Positions 35,888-45,190 of a stretch of DNA of 64,000 bases are shown piece after piece. Source of the DNA: Pseudobdellovibrionaceae bacterium (lineage in GTDB: Bacteria; Bdellovibrionota; Bdellovibrionia; Bdellovibrionales; UBA1609); assembly GCA_020635075.1 (NCBI GenBank), contig JACKAM010000002.1:365896-429895 (forward strand), given 5' to 3'. The notes under the pieces are model-generated. The model saw only the letters and a program-made list of their open reading frames with translations, was not told the origin of the DNA and ran no database searches. Position 1 is the first letter of the stretch; each line of letters starts with the position of its first letter. The translations under genes were made by a program, and so were the position numbers.

Positions 35888-36271
35888 TTTGATCGATAAA
35901 AGTGGCCCCTAGGGGGATGCCTAGGGGCCGGGGAATGGGCGATCAAACATGTAGAGATGGGATGCTCGCTCATTCGGGAATAATTGATTAACCAAAGTCA
36001 CCCGAAGTTGTTGCTTTATACTTCGATCGTACGGGATAGGAAGGGATCAGCACTCAAGTGCCAGCTCAGTCTAGAGGGGGGAGGGGTCGACCTTTGCCAA
36101 CGAGAAGCAGCAGTCAAAGATGTTTATGCCGATCTACCTATCCTATTTCGTACTTTAGCCGTTCTTATGCCCAGAGGCTTTCTCCTGTCCAACTTTCCCT
36201 TGTGAATTTTAAGTGTAGGAGAAAAGATTTCAGCTCAGATCAAAAGCGCACAGAACTGAACAAAACAGGTT

Positions 36272-36301
36272 GAAAAAATTGCCAAACACCCCCGTCGGGT
36301 G
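36272..36301 (-). terminator. Rho-independent terminator of the SGNH-hydrolase gene
   Basis: On the minus strand: CACCC-gacgg-GGGTG followed by TTTGGCAATTTTTT. Confidence 0.6.
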
Positions 36302-36322
36302 AATGCGCAAAATAGCTGAAGT

Positions 36323-37633
36323 TTAGCGCCAGCGGGCCTTGGCTTTAGCTGGTTTTAGAAGGCTGGATTTAAGATCGGACGAAATTCTCTCCAATAAGAT
36401 CTCCAAGCCCCGATCATTGGGATGAAGACCGTCGCGCCAAATTTCCTCACCTTCTCCGTGGTAAAGCTTGGAGAGATCATGAATGGTTACCCGCTTGGAC
36501 GATTGTTTCGCTGCGGTTTGAAATTCGTTGTAGGCCTGAATGACCAATTCGCGAATCGGAAAGGAGTACTTTAAAATGTGATCTTCGCGACTGGTGAGAG
36601 CCTTTGAATTGGGGACATGGGGGTTGGGCTGCAGGTAGTGAAGGTCAATGATGCCCAGGCTCTCGGCCACCGCCGAAATATCACCATGGACTAAGGCCCA
36701 ACGCTGAGCCAACCATTTAAACAACTCCCGATCAGAGCCGGCAAAAAAGGCCTCCCCTCCTTCGGCCTTGGGCAACTCTCCCTTAAGGCGAACCAGGTCG
36801 CGCATCAGTTGAGCTCCTAAGATACCCCATATCCGATGCACCAAGAGGGAGTGCTTCCAAAAGCCCTTCAATGTCGAACGAGTCAGATCCGCCAAAGCCT
36901 GACGTTTCTCAATAATCTCATGGGCCTTTTGGATCTCCTCCTCACCCCAGTCTGCGGTGCGTATCAGGTGTTCAAAATGGCTGAGGCGCACTCCGTCTGG
37001 CAACCAACCGGCCTTGTTGTTTTCCTGCCCACTCCAAATTTCATGAATACCATCAACAAAGACCACGGCATCAAAAGCTTCGCGAAAGTAGGAAAACACC
37101 TGTTGGGAAATGGTGCTGTTGTGGCCGCCGGCAGCCAGGTTGATCACGCGAACAGTTCGCCCCTTCAACCACCCACCGATAAGCTGCTCTAATTTATCTG
37201 CTTGTTCACCCACCATGTGGGCAAGGCTGCCGCCAAAGATACCAACAACAAAAGGGCGGCCCTGCTCTCCATCGGCTCCCGGCACACAGTAACCGGATTC
37301 ACAGGAGCGAAAATCATAGCGGGTTTGAAAACCAAAGCGGTTCACCTCACCTTCTCCCTGTCGGTAGACATAGCCAAACAAGGGATGGAGTTTCAGGCGG
37401 GATTCCCAGGCCTTTTTGTCAGTTCCGACAGTAAAGAGATTGGTCAGTGTGCCCAGTAGCTCATTGCGCTCAACAATGTGAATTTCCCGATCCCAGCTTT
37501 TCCACTGCTGGTAGGATTGTATGGAAAGAAACCCTTCCAGCAATAAAATCCCGAGAAGAATAATTGTTGGCACCAGGACCAGAATCAGGCCCAGTCGTTT
37601 GAAGCGGAATTTAAAACGAAATTTGGCCGCCAT
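36323..37633 (-). CDS. Membrane-anchored SGNH/GDSL-like hydrolase
   Basis: 436 aa with an N-terminal TM segment (LGLILVLVPTIILLGILLL), FGGSLAH near block I, and a C-terminal DGLHPNDRG (the D-x-x-H block of SGNH hydrolases). Confidence 0.55.
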   Translation of the reverse strand: MAAKFRFKFRFKRLGLILVLVPTIILLGILLLEGFLSIQSYQQWKSWDREIHIVERNELLGTLTNLFTVGTDKKAWESRLKLHPLFGYVYRQGEGEVNRFGFQTRYDFRSCESGYCVPGADGEQGRPFVVGIFGGSLAHMVGEQADKLEQLIGGWLKGRTVRVINLAAGGHNSTISQQVFSYFREAFDAVVFVDGIHEIWSGQENNKAGWLPDGVRLSHFEHLIRTADWGEEEIQKAHEIIEKRQALADLTRSTLKGFWKHSLLVHRIWGILGAQLMRDLVRLKGELPKAEGGEAFFAGSDRELFKWLAQRWALVHGDISAVAESLGIIDLHYLQPNPHVPNSKALTSREDHILKYSFPIRELVIQAYNEFQTAAKQSSKRVTIHDLSKLYHGEGEEIWRDGLHPNDRGLEILLERISSDLKSSLLKPAKAKARWR

Positions 37634-37683
37634 GATGTCCTCTGTACTTGTTAATGCTCGCGACGTTGCCTTTTATGACTTCA

Positions 37684-38133
37684 TTAGAGTGGGTACCGGA
37701 CGCGATCTCTTTCCATGGGACTGAGCATAGGGTTTTGAACACTTTTTTTCCAAACGCCTTTAAGAGTCGCCATGGGGTGCCAGGAGTGAGTGGTTGCTTG
37801 AGAGTCACCTTCTCCCACCTTGATGTGTTGGTAATTCACAGTGGATGTTTTTCCGGTAACAAAGGGTATTAGCTCCATCGCCTGATAACGAAAGACATCA
37901 GTCGCCGTCGAACTTGCTCCGTAGGCAATTTCACAACGGGGCCACCAACGGGGAAAATTCCATTTCATTGTCAGTCCGTCCGGTAGCTGAATTTCAATCT
38001 GAGGACGAACTTTCTTCTCTCGGATGCGATGATGGACTTGGCTCTCGTCTTCATTGAGAGGAATTTGAAAGTTCTGATGTAAATGGATCTCCACCAGTCT
38101 CGTCATGTATCTTTTTAAATCTTCGATCTGCAT
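37684..38133 (-). CDS. Hypothetical protein, divergent from lexA
   Basis: I prefer the ATG at 38133, after GAGGGGA, over the track start at 38178. No recognisable motif. Confidence 0.45.
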   Translation of the reverse strand: MQIEDLKRYMTRLVEIHLHQNFQIPLNEDESQVHHRIREKKVRPQIEIQLPDGLTMKWNFPRWWPRCEIAYGASSTATDVFRYQAMELIPFVTGKTSTVNYQHIKVGEGDSQATTHSWHPMATLKGVWKKSVQNPMLSPMERDRVRYPL

Positions 38134-38313
38134 TCGCTTTCCCCTCAATGGTGTCCAATTATAGAAGGCGAATCCCAAGAGGAACAGTCTCTCGACCTTG
38201 GTGCCACCAATTTAAACAGAGCATTAATGTAAGTCCTATTCCCCTTGAAGCCCGGCAGCATGGGTCTATGTAGGCGATTGCTTTGGCCTTTCTAAAAACA
38301 CCTGGACCTTAGA

Positions 38314-38375
38314 ACTTACATAATACCTACACTTGACTTACAAACTACTTACACATAACTTATACCTTACTTACA
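38314..38375 (+). promoter_or_regulatory. Six AC[TC]TA[CT]A heptamers at exact 11-bp spacing in the lexA leader; candidate operator array
   Basis: The heptamers start at 38314 (ACTTACA), 38325 (ACCTACA), 38336 (ACTTACA), 38347 (ACTTACA), 38358 (ACTTATA) and 38369 (ACTTACA). The lexA ATG is at 38386. A possible sigma-70 promoter, TTGACT (38333-38338)-N17-TAACTT, lies inside the array. Confidence 0.6.
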
Positions 38376-38385
38376 GAGGTGAAGC

Positions 38386-39201
38386 ATGAAAAACTCTAAG
38401 ACCGACTCTTCTCTCCGTCCCCTGACCAAGAAGGAAAAAAAGGTCCTGGAGTTTATTGAGAGCTATATGCAGAGCCAACAGGTGGCCCCTTCTTACCAGG
38501 AGATCCAGGATCATTTTGGTTTTAAGTCCATCAATTCGGTTCAATCTTATCTGCGCCAGCTCCAAGCCAAAGGTTACATCCATAATCCGGGTGGCAACCA
38601 GAAACGCGCCATCTCTCTTTTGCAGTCGGCCCAAACCGTTTCGTCTTCCCTAGGTTTAAGCACTCGTCGCTCCACTTCCCAGGAGCGACACCCTTCCAAC
38701 TCCTTCTACCCTTCCAAAGAGGAGACTCCGGCTCTCGTTGCCCGACCACAGCCGGAGTCTCTCTCTTTGCCCCTTTTGGGTCGAGTGGCAGCTGGTGCAC
38801 CAATTGAAGCTTTTGATCATGATGAGTTTGTCGAAGTGCCGGCCAACATGGTCCGCAACCCCAGTAAAACTTTTGCTTTGCGGGTTGAAGGACAATCAAT
38901 GATCGAAGATGGCATTTTAGATGGTGATCTTATTTTTGTTCAGCAACAGTCCTATGCCAACAATGGGGAAATCGTTGTGGCAATTGTAGACAATGAGGCC
39001 ACTGTTAAACATTTTTATTTGCATCGCGGGGACAATTTAAAAGTTATCCCCAAACATCCACAGAGTTCTTCACATCGCGGATCTGCATCTCGACAACAAG
39101 TGGAATTGCGTCCGGCAAATGCCACCATGGAATCCATGTGGTTTCAGCCGGAGCAAGTGGAAATTCGCGGCGTAGTGGTGGGTCTACTTAGGCATTATTG
39201 A
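38386..39201 (+). CDS. lexA: LexA repressor (long form, 271 aa)
   Basis: wHTH (LTKKEKKVLEFIESY..PSYQEIQDHFGFKSINSVQSYLRQLQAKGYI), cleavage site VAAGAP, catalytic GQSM and TVKHF. It has extra Ser/Pro-rich linker and C-terminal insertions. Confidence 0.9.
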   Translation: MKNSKTDSSLRPLTKKEKKVLEFIESYMQSQQVAPSYQEIQDHFGFKSINSVQSYLRQLQAKGYIHNPGGNQKRAISLLQSAQTVSSSLGLSTRRSTSQERHPSNSFYPSKEETPALVARPQPESLSLPLLGRVAAGAPIEAFDHDEFVEVPANMVRNPSKTFALRVEGQSMIEDGILDGDLIFVQQQSYANNGEIVVAIVDNEATVKHFYLHRGDNLKVIPKHPQSSSHRGSASRQQVELRPANATMESMWFQPEQVEIRGVVVGLLRHY

Positions 39202-39370
39202 TCTAAGCCGGTCCCACGCTATGACTCTTGGGCGCAACACTTTCTGTGTATGCAACCAAGAGGTCAGCACCTGACTTTTTTTACTTTAATTTGTTTTGGC
39301 TTTGCCAGAACTGTGAGGATTTATGTCTTTCGGCGAAAGGCCTAGGGGCATCTTATTCTCTGAATAATGG

Positions 39371-40021
39371 ATGACTATGAAGGACTCTTTACAAGCACTG
39401 TTTGTTCGCCCTCACGAACTGAAAACCCGGGAAGGTCTTCCCACCGGCTCGACCGAGTTGGATCAATTTTTGATTTGGCAGGGCATTCCTAAAGGTGCCG
39501 TTAGTTTACTTGTCAGCTCTCATGGCAGAGGTGCCACAAGCCTATGGGGCGATACGGCCATCCCCCTCACCCAACAAAAGAAGTGGGTAGCCTGGATGAA
39601 CAGCAGTGAGCACCACTTGTGCCCATGGAGTTGGTGGCAAAAGAAGATGGACTTCTCACGCCTGCTCGTTGTCTCCTCCCCGGATAACCGCAAAAAATTC
39701 CTCTGGGCTTTACATGAGCTTTTGTCTTTGAGTCTTTTCGATCTCATTGGTTGTGACTTGGGGGAACTCCAACTCCGGGATAGCGATGTTCTTAAACTTT
39801 CCCGCCATGCCCGCCGCGCCCAGGCGGCTGTGGTCCTGACCAGCGCCAATCGCTTTGTCCGGCGCAGCTCTTTTTACAGTTTGATTCTTAATTTCAACAG
39901 TCCCCGCCTCAAGATTGAGCGTGCCCAACATCGACTCACCCCCCACACCATAAAAAGGAGAAACACCTATGCGGACCTTGTGCCTCAACTTGCACAGAAC
40001 CGAAAAGCCCTCAGTAGCTGA
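39371..40021 (+). CDS. imuA: ImuA-like (SulA/RecA-fold) protein of the imuA-imuB-dnaE2 cassette
   Basis: 216 aa. Motifs LPTGSTELDQFL..GIPKGAVSLL. It sits between lexA and imuB. Confidence 0.65.
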   Translation: MTMKDSLQALFVRPHELKTREGLPTGSTELDQFLIWQGIPKGAVSLLVSSHGRGATSLWGDTAIPLTQQKKWVAWMNSSEHHLCPWSWWQKKMDFSRLLVVSSPDNRKKFLWALHELLSLSLFDLIGCDLGELQLRDSDVLKLSRHARRAQAAVVLTSANRFVRRSSFYSLILNFNSPRLKIERAQHRLTPHTIKRRNTYADLVPQLAQNRKALSS

Positions 40022-41279
40022 AAACTTTTTGACCTTCAGCCCACGGGTGCAGTTCCGTGAGCCAGGCCTGGTCTTTGCTGATATCACGGGCACCAGTCAT
40101 TTGTTTGGCTCAGAGAAAAAGTTATTGAGTGAGGCTCTGCAAATTGCCCGTGACTTTTACCCCCAAGCCACCGGAGCTATTGCTGACACTCCCGCTCCCG
40201 CGCAGGTTTTCACCTTTCTCCAGGACACCACCATCGTTCCCCCCACCCAGGAATCTGATGACTTAAAGACTCTACCCCTGGACTCTCTTTTACACCTTGA
40301 AGGCCTGATCACCTGGCACAGCACTCGCGAAGTGGAAGACATCATCTCTTTCTTTCAAGTGTTGGGCATGAAAACCATCGGCGATTTGGATCGTTTCCAA
40401 ATGGAATCCCTGCGCGAGCGCTGGGGGGACACAGGAGCCACTCTGTGGAAGCGCCTCCATGGTATGGAAAGGCAAGTGATCTCGCCCCTGCTACCCACGG
40501 AATCTTTGGTAGACTACATCCACTTGGATTTTCCAGTTTCTCTGCTTCCTTTTTTACTTCACTGTCTGGAAAAATCCCTACGCCACCTGTGTCGCCGCCT
40601 GCAGGGGCGGGCCGAGTTTGTCCGCAAGGTTCGCATTCATCTGTATTGTGAGTACTCGTCTAAATGTCATGTCCTGGAACTCACACCGGCCAGCCCGGGG
40701 CGAAACCTGGAACTTCTTATGAAACTCATGGAAAACAAATTGGCTGAAGTGGATTTGGAAAATCCCATTCGTGAAATGGAAATTGAAATTGTCCCCTGTC
40801 CGGAGAAAATCCAACAGCTCGACTTTTGGGAGCCACGCACCCGGGATCAGGACAAACTGGATCAACTGGTTAGTCTTTTTAACCAGGCCTCTTTGACCAC
40901 AGGTTTTTTTAAACCCCACAATGAGATTTTGCCGGAAAAGTCATGGGACCTGACTCCTGAGTTTGAAGATTTTGACGCCATTGAAGACGAAGTGGAGGTC
41001 GAGGGGCAGTCTTTTCGTTTAAGACCTGCTTACAGTCACCAACTGGCTCATTCACCCCGCCCCACTCGTTTATTGAAAAAACCCAAGCGCCTTGCCCAGC
41101 AGGAGCTGCGGCAGTTGCACTTTTTAAGCTCTTACCCCGTGGAGCGCCTTGAGGACGGTTGGTGGGACGACTCCCGAGGACGCGATTATTACTTCGCCCT
41201 GTCTTCACAGGGCCAATGCCTGTGGCTGTTTATGGACCGAATCGAAAACGAGTACTATCTCCATGGCTACTTTGATTAG
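39969..41279 (+). CDS. imuB: ImuB, Y-family-polymerase-like accessory protein
   Basis: 436 aa. The N-terminus (LVFADITGTSHLFG) is Y-family-like. It lies directly upstream of, and overlaps, dnaE2. Confidence 0.7.
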   Translation: MRTLCLNLHRTEKPSVAENFLTFSPRVQFREPGLVFADITGTSHLFGSEKKLLSEALQIARDFYPQATGAIADTPAPAQVFTFLQDTTIVPPTQESDDLKTLPLDSLLHLEGLITWHSTREVEDIISFFQVLGMKTIGDLDRFQMESLRERWGDTGATLWKRLHGMERQVISPLLPTESLVDYIHLDFPVSLLPFLLHCLEKSLRHLCRRLQGRAEFVRKVRIHLYCEYSSKCHVLELTPASPGRNLELLMKLMENKLAEVDLENPIREMEIEIVPCPEKIQQLDFWEPRTRDQDKLDQLVSLFNQASLTTGFFKPHNEILPEKSWDLTPEFEDFDAIEDEVEVEGQSFRLRPAYSHQLAHSPRPTRLLKKPKRLAQQELRQLHFLSSYPVERLEDGWWDDSRGRDYYFALSSQGQCLWLFMDRIENEYYLHGYFD

Positions 41280-44200
41280 AAAAAACTCCCAGCTTGTTTC
41301 AGCTGGGACTTCAATTGAGTACGTGGAGCTTTTAGGTCGCAGCAATTTCTCCTTTCTCCAGGGAGCCTCCCATCCAGAGGAAATGGTTTTACAGGCAAAA
41401 GCTCTCGGTTATCGTGGATTGGCCATCTGTGACATCAATGGCCTGTATGGTGTGGTTAAAGGTTTTGAGGCCGCAGAGAAACCCTCCCACTTTAGCGTTC
41501 AGGAAATTCACACGCAGGCCGCCCGCAATAAGAACTTTCGCTATCATTTGGGGGCAGAACTCACCTTAGCCGACAAGAGTTCACTGGTTCTTCTCCCCAT
41601 GAACAAAGACGGTTATTCGCGCCTGTGCCAACTGATCACTCTGGCCCGGCGTAAAGCGCCAAAGGGATATTCGGACCTCACTCTTCAGGAGATTCTCCTT
41701 CACAGCGACGACCTGATTGCCTGTCCACTTCCACCCTGGAACCTAAAGACACTTAAAAGTCTCAGGGAGATTTTTTACCGCCGGCTTTATCTTCCGGTGT
41801 GGAAAGACTTCTCCTGGTCGTCGGTGCAGCACTTTCAACAAGGACTACAGATCGAACAACAACTGGGGATCCCACTGTTTGCCACGCAACGTCCTTTTAT
41901 GCACCACCCGGATCGCAAGCCTCTCCACGATGTGTTGACCTGTATCTTCCATAAGACCAACCTGACGGAAGCCAAATCCCTACTGCTTTCCAACCGTGAG
42001 CGCCACCTAAAGCCCCTTCATGATTTGGCTTACCTGTGGCGGGAGCGCCCTGATCTTTTGACCCGTACCGTGGAAATTGCCAATCAACTGGAGTTTTCTT
42101 TGACCGAGCTGCGCTACCAGTACCCTCAGGCTAATTTGCCTCCAGGAAAGTTGCCCGCACAGTATTTGCGTGAGCGCGTGGAGGCCGGCGTTCTTTGGCG
42201 GTATCCTGAAGGTGAACCCAAGCAGGTTCGCCAACTGATCGAGCATGAGCTGGACGTCATCACTGAGCTTCAATATGAAGATTACTTTCTCACTATCTGG
42301 GACATTTGCGAGTTCGCCCGACGGGAAAAGATTCTCTTTCAGGGCCGGGGGTCTGCGGCCAACTCGGTGGTGTGTTATGTCCTGGGACTCACTGCGGTTG
42401 ATCCCACCCAAATTCAATTGTTGTTTGAGCGTTTTATTTCCAAAGAACGGGGAGAACCTCCGGATATTGACATTGATTTTGAAAGCGGCCGCCGTGAGGA
42501 GGTGATTCAATACATCTACAAAAAATACGGGGCCCAGTTCGCCGCCATGGTGGCCACCGTGATCTGCTACCGCACACGCATGGCCCTTCGTGAATCCGCC
42601 AAAGTTTTGGAGATTCCCACGGCCACCATTGACCACATGATTAAATTTATGGGCCGCGAGGGCCTTAAACGCCTGATGGAAAACCCGGATAAAGCGGTTG
42701 AGTTAAAGATCCCGCCTGAGAAGTTCCAACTGCTGATGGAGGTCAGTGCTTCTCTGCAAGGCTTTCCCCGCCACCTGGGTATTCACACCGGGGGATTTTT
42801 AATTTCCCAAAGACCCATCACTGAGTGTGTCCCGGTGGAAAAGGCCACCATGGAAAATCGCTATGTGGTGCAGTGGAACAAGGATGACCTGACCACCTTA
42901 AACATGATGAAGATTGATGTCTTGGGCTTGGGAATGCTCACCGCCTTGCAAAAGAGTTTTGCCATGTTGAGTGCGGACAAGGGCCTCTCTCTTGACCTTT
43001 CCAGCCTTCCCCCTCGTGACCAGGCCACCTATGACATGATTCAAAAGGCCGACACGGTGGGCGTTTTTCAAATTGAATCGCGGGCGCAAATGTCTCTTCT
43101 CCCCCGCTTTAAACCCAACTGTTTTTATGACCTGGTGATTGAGGTGGCCATTATCCGCCCTGGCCCTATTCAGGGCGGAATGGTCCATCCCTTTATTCGC
43201 AGAAGACATGGCAAGGAAAAGGTCACCTATCCCCATCCCGATCTAGAACCTATTCTCGGTAAAACCTTAGGAGTTCCCATTTTTCAAGAGCAGATCATGC
43301 AGATTGCCTCAACGGTTTGTGGCTTTACTCCAGGTGAGGCTGATGAACTCAGGCGCCTGATGTCCTCAAGTTGGAAGCACCCGGATGTCATGCAAGGTCT
43401 TAGACAGCGAATTCTCAACGGCATGCTCAATCATGGGATTAGCCTTCAGGATGGCGAACAGATTTACCGCACCATTGAGGGTTTTGCCTCCTACGGATTT
43501 CCCGAAAGTCATGCCGCCAGCTTTGCTTTGATTACCTATGCCAGTTGTTATCTCAAACGCCACCATCCGGAGGTTTTCACCTGTGCTCTTTTAAATAGCC
43601 AGCCCATGGGCTTTTACTCCCCTCGCACATTGATTGGCGATGCGCAAAGACACAAGGTGCGCTTTTTGCCCATTCACATTCAACGCTCTGGCTATGATTA
43701 CTCTTTGGAGAAACTGGTCACACTCGAAGATCGCAGCCGATGGGCCGTGCGCCTGGGGTTTCGCTCGATTTATGGCATTCAGGAAAGGCACATCCAAAGC
43801 CTTTTAGAAGAGCGACAATCCAGCGGTGAATTTAAAAATCTGGAAGATCTTGTCCGCCGCACTCGTTTGCCAAAACATATTTTGATTTCCCTGGCCGCAG
43901 CCGGGGCTTTTGAGTGTTGGGGACTCAATCCCCGAGCAGCCCTGTGGGCCTTGCAATCCTTGCAACTGGACCAACAGAGTCTTTTGTTTGGTCAGCCCCG
44001 TGAAAGCTTTGGCCAGCCCGATCAACTGATGGCTTTGCCAGGCGTGGAATACATCCCCGATGAGAACCAATGGGACAAACTCAGGCGGGAGTATCAGTCC
44101 AAAGGCTTTGCTTTAGATCATCACCCCTTAAGTTTGTTACGCCCCTCCATTGATCAGGCCAATGTAGAATTACGCAAGAACAATTACATTTGCTACATTC

Positions 44201-44547
44201 AGGCGAAAGACTTAGGACAAAAACGCAATGGCTCCAAGGTGCGCGTGGCAGGCCTCTTGAGCATCCAACAGCGCCCCCCTACCGCCAAGGGTTTTGCCTT
44301 CCTCACCCTCGAAGATGAAACTGGTTTTTTTAATATTGTCATGACCCCACCCATTTATCAGGCCTACCGCCTGACCCTTATCCAGTCGCCTTTAATTGAA
44401 GTTCAGGGTGTTCTCGAAAAGTATGATGGGGTTCTCAATATCAAAGCCATACGACTTTGTCCCTTGCCACTCAGAGGCTGGCTCCAACCAGAACCACCAA
44501 AGTCGCTGACTTCTTCAAAGCGAGGTCTTTCGCAAAGATCTTATTGA
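41263..44547 (+). CDS. dnaE2: Error-prone DNA polymerase III alpha-subunit paralog
   Basis: PHP domain start YVELLGRSNFSFLQGASHPEEM, polymerase core (GRGSAANSVVCY, PDIDIDF, KIDVLGLGML, GVFQIESR) and a C-terminal OB region. I prefer the ATG at 41263 over the track start at 41149, which overlaps imuB. Confidence 0.9.
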   Translation: MATLIRKNSQLVSAGTSIEYVELLGRSNFSFLQGASHPEEMVLQAKALGYRGLAICDINGLYGVVKGFEAAEKPSHFSVQEIHTQAARNKNFRYHLGAELTLADKSSLVLLPMNKDGYSRLCQLITLARRKAPKGYSDLTLQEILLHSDDLIACPLPPWNLKTLKSLREIFYRRLYLPVWKDFSWSSVQHFQQGLQIEQQLGIPLFATQRPFMHHPDRKPLHDVLTCIFHKTNLTEAKSLLLSNRERHLKPLHDLAYLWRERPDLLTRTVEIANQLEFSLTELRYQYPQANLPPGKLPAQYLRERVEAGVLWRYPEGEPKQVRQLIEHELDVITELQYEDYFLTIWDICEFARREKILFQGRGSAANSVVCYVLGLTAVDPTQIQLLFERFISKERGEPPDIDIDFESGRREEVIQYIYKKYGAQFAAMVATVICYRTRMALRESAKVLEIPTATIDHMIKFMGREGLKRLMENPDKAVELKIPPEKFQLLMEVSASLQGFPRHLGIHTGGFLISQRPITECVPVEKATMENRYVVQWNKDDLTTLNMMKIDVLGLGMLTALQKSFAMLSADKGLSLDLSSLPPRDQATYDMIQKADTVGVFQIESRAQMSLLPRFKPNCFYDLVIEVAIIRPGPIQGGMVHPFIRRRHGKEKVTYPHPDLEPILGKTLGVPIFQEQIMQIASTVCGFTPGEADELRRLMSSSWKHPDVMQGLRQRILNGMLNHGISLQDGEQIYRTIEGFASYGFPESHAASFALITYASCYLKRHHPEVFTCALLNSQPMGFYSPRTLIGDAQRHKVRFLPIHIQRSGYDYSLEKLVTLEDRSRWAVRLGFRSIYGIQERHIQSLLEERQSSGEFKNLEDLVRRTRLPKHILISLAAAGAFECWGLNPRAALWALQSLQLDQQSLLFGQPRESFGQPDQLMALPGVEYIPDENQWDKLRREYQSKGFALDHHPLSLLRPSIDQANVELRKNNYICYIQAKDLGQKRNGSKVRVAGLLSIQQRPPTAKGFAFLTLEDETGFFNIVMTPPIYQAYRLTLIQSPLIEVQGVLEKYDGVLNIKAIRLCPLPLRGWLQPEPPKSLTSSKRGLSQRSY

Positions 44548-44586
44548 TTTAAAACCGACCTATTTAACTGTTTGTATTGAGCTGAG

Positions 44587-44970
44587 TTAGCGAGCCGCTT
44601 TAGGAGCAGTTTCAGAAGTGGGAAGGCGGGCCGGCTGAGAACCGTAGTAAAGAAGCTCATCCACGCGCTTTTGCACGGAAAGGATTTGCTCTAAATCAGT
44701 CGGCAGTGGAATTGCCGTATTGGTGTCGGGCCCATCGCCCTCATTGTCGATCATATTGGGATCGTTTTCCGGTTTAAACTCAATCACCTGTTCGCCAGTA
44801 GATAAAGATGGCAGTTCACTGACTCCCTCTTTTTGAACCGAGTCAGCACTGGCTGCCGTCACTTCCTCATCAGCGTAAACAGAAGTATGAAGTAACCCCA
44901 AAGCCATCAATCCAGTCACTAAAAGACTGAGCCAGATTGTCTTAGGTTGTTGTTGTTTCAAGTGCCCCAT
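44587..44970 (-). CDS. Small secreted acidic hypothetical protein
   Basis: The ATG at 44970 is preceded by AGGAGG. Signal peptide IWLSLLVTGLMALGLLHTSVYA. Confidence 0.5.
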   Translation of the reverse strand: MGHLKQQQPKTIWLSLLVTGLMALGLLHTSVYADEEVTAASADSVQKEGVSELPSLSTGEQVIEFKPENDPNMIDNEGDGPDTNTAIPLPTDLEQILSVQKRVDELLYYGSQPARLPTSETAPKAAR

Positions 44971-45190
44971 GGGGTCCTCCTGACCTCTCATAGTCCAAGA
45001 AGCGCGCCAAGGCCTGTTTTTATTAACCACCTGAAATAACAGAGAATCTTCTGAACCGGGCCAACCCTGATCAACAAAAGCCTGTCGAACTATCAGTCGC
45101 CAGCCCATTTCCCAATCAAAAACCCGCAATTATTGACCACTTACACCGTCACCCAGCCAACACCCCTTGGAGCTCATTTCCGTAGAGTGA

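Noticed and set aside
35890-36270. tmRNA, RNase P RNA or SRP RNA in the long intergenic gap
   Set aside because: I did not see the conserved landmarks I know: the GAGGAAAGTCC-type P4 strand of RNase P, the tRNA-like GGTTCGA...CCA end or tag ORF of tmRNA, or the SRP domain IV motif. It stays as an unclassified candidate.
38179-38385. Canonical palindromic LexA box upstream of lexA (CTGT-N8-ACAG, GAAC-N4-GTTC, TTAC-N3-GTAA)
   Set aside because: Scanning the region by eye gave none. The TTAC-containing words are all direct repeats (see the 11-bp array finding).
41149-41262. Upstream extension of dnaE2 to the track start at 41149
   Set aside because: The extension lies entirely inside imuB and translates to a non-conserved peptide. 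The ATG at 41263 gives the expected PHP-domain N-terminus shortly afterwards.
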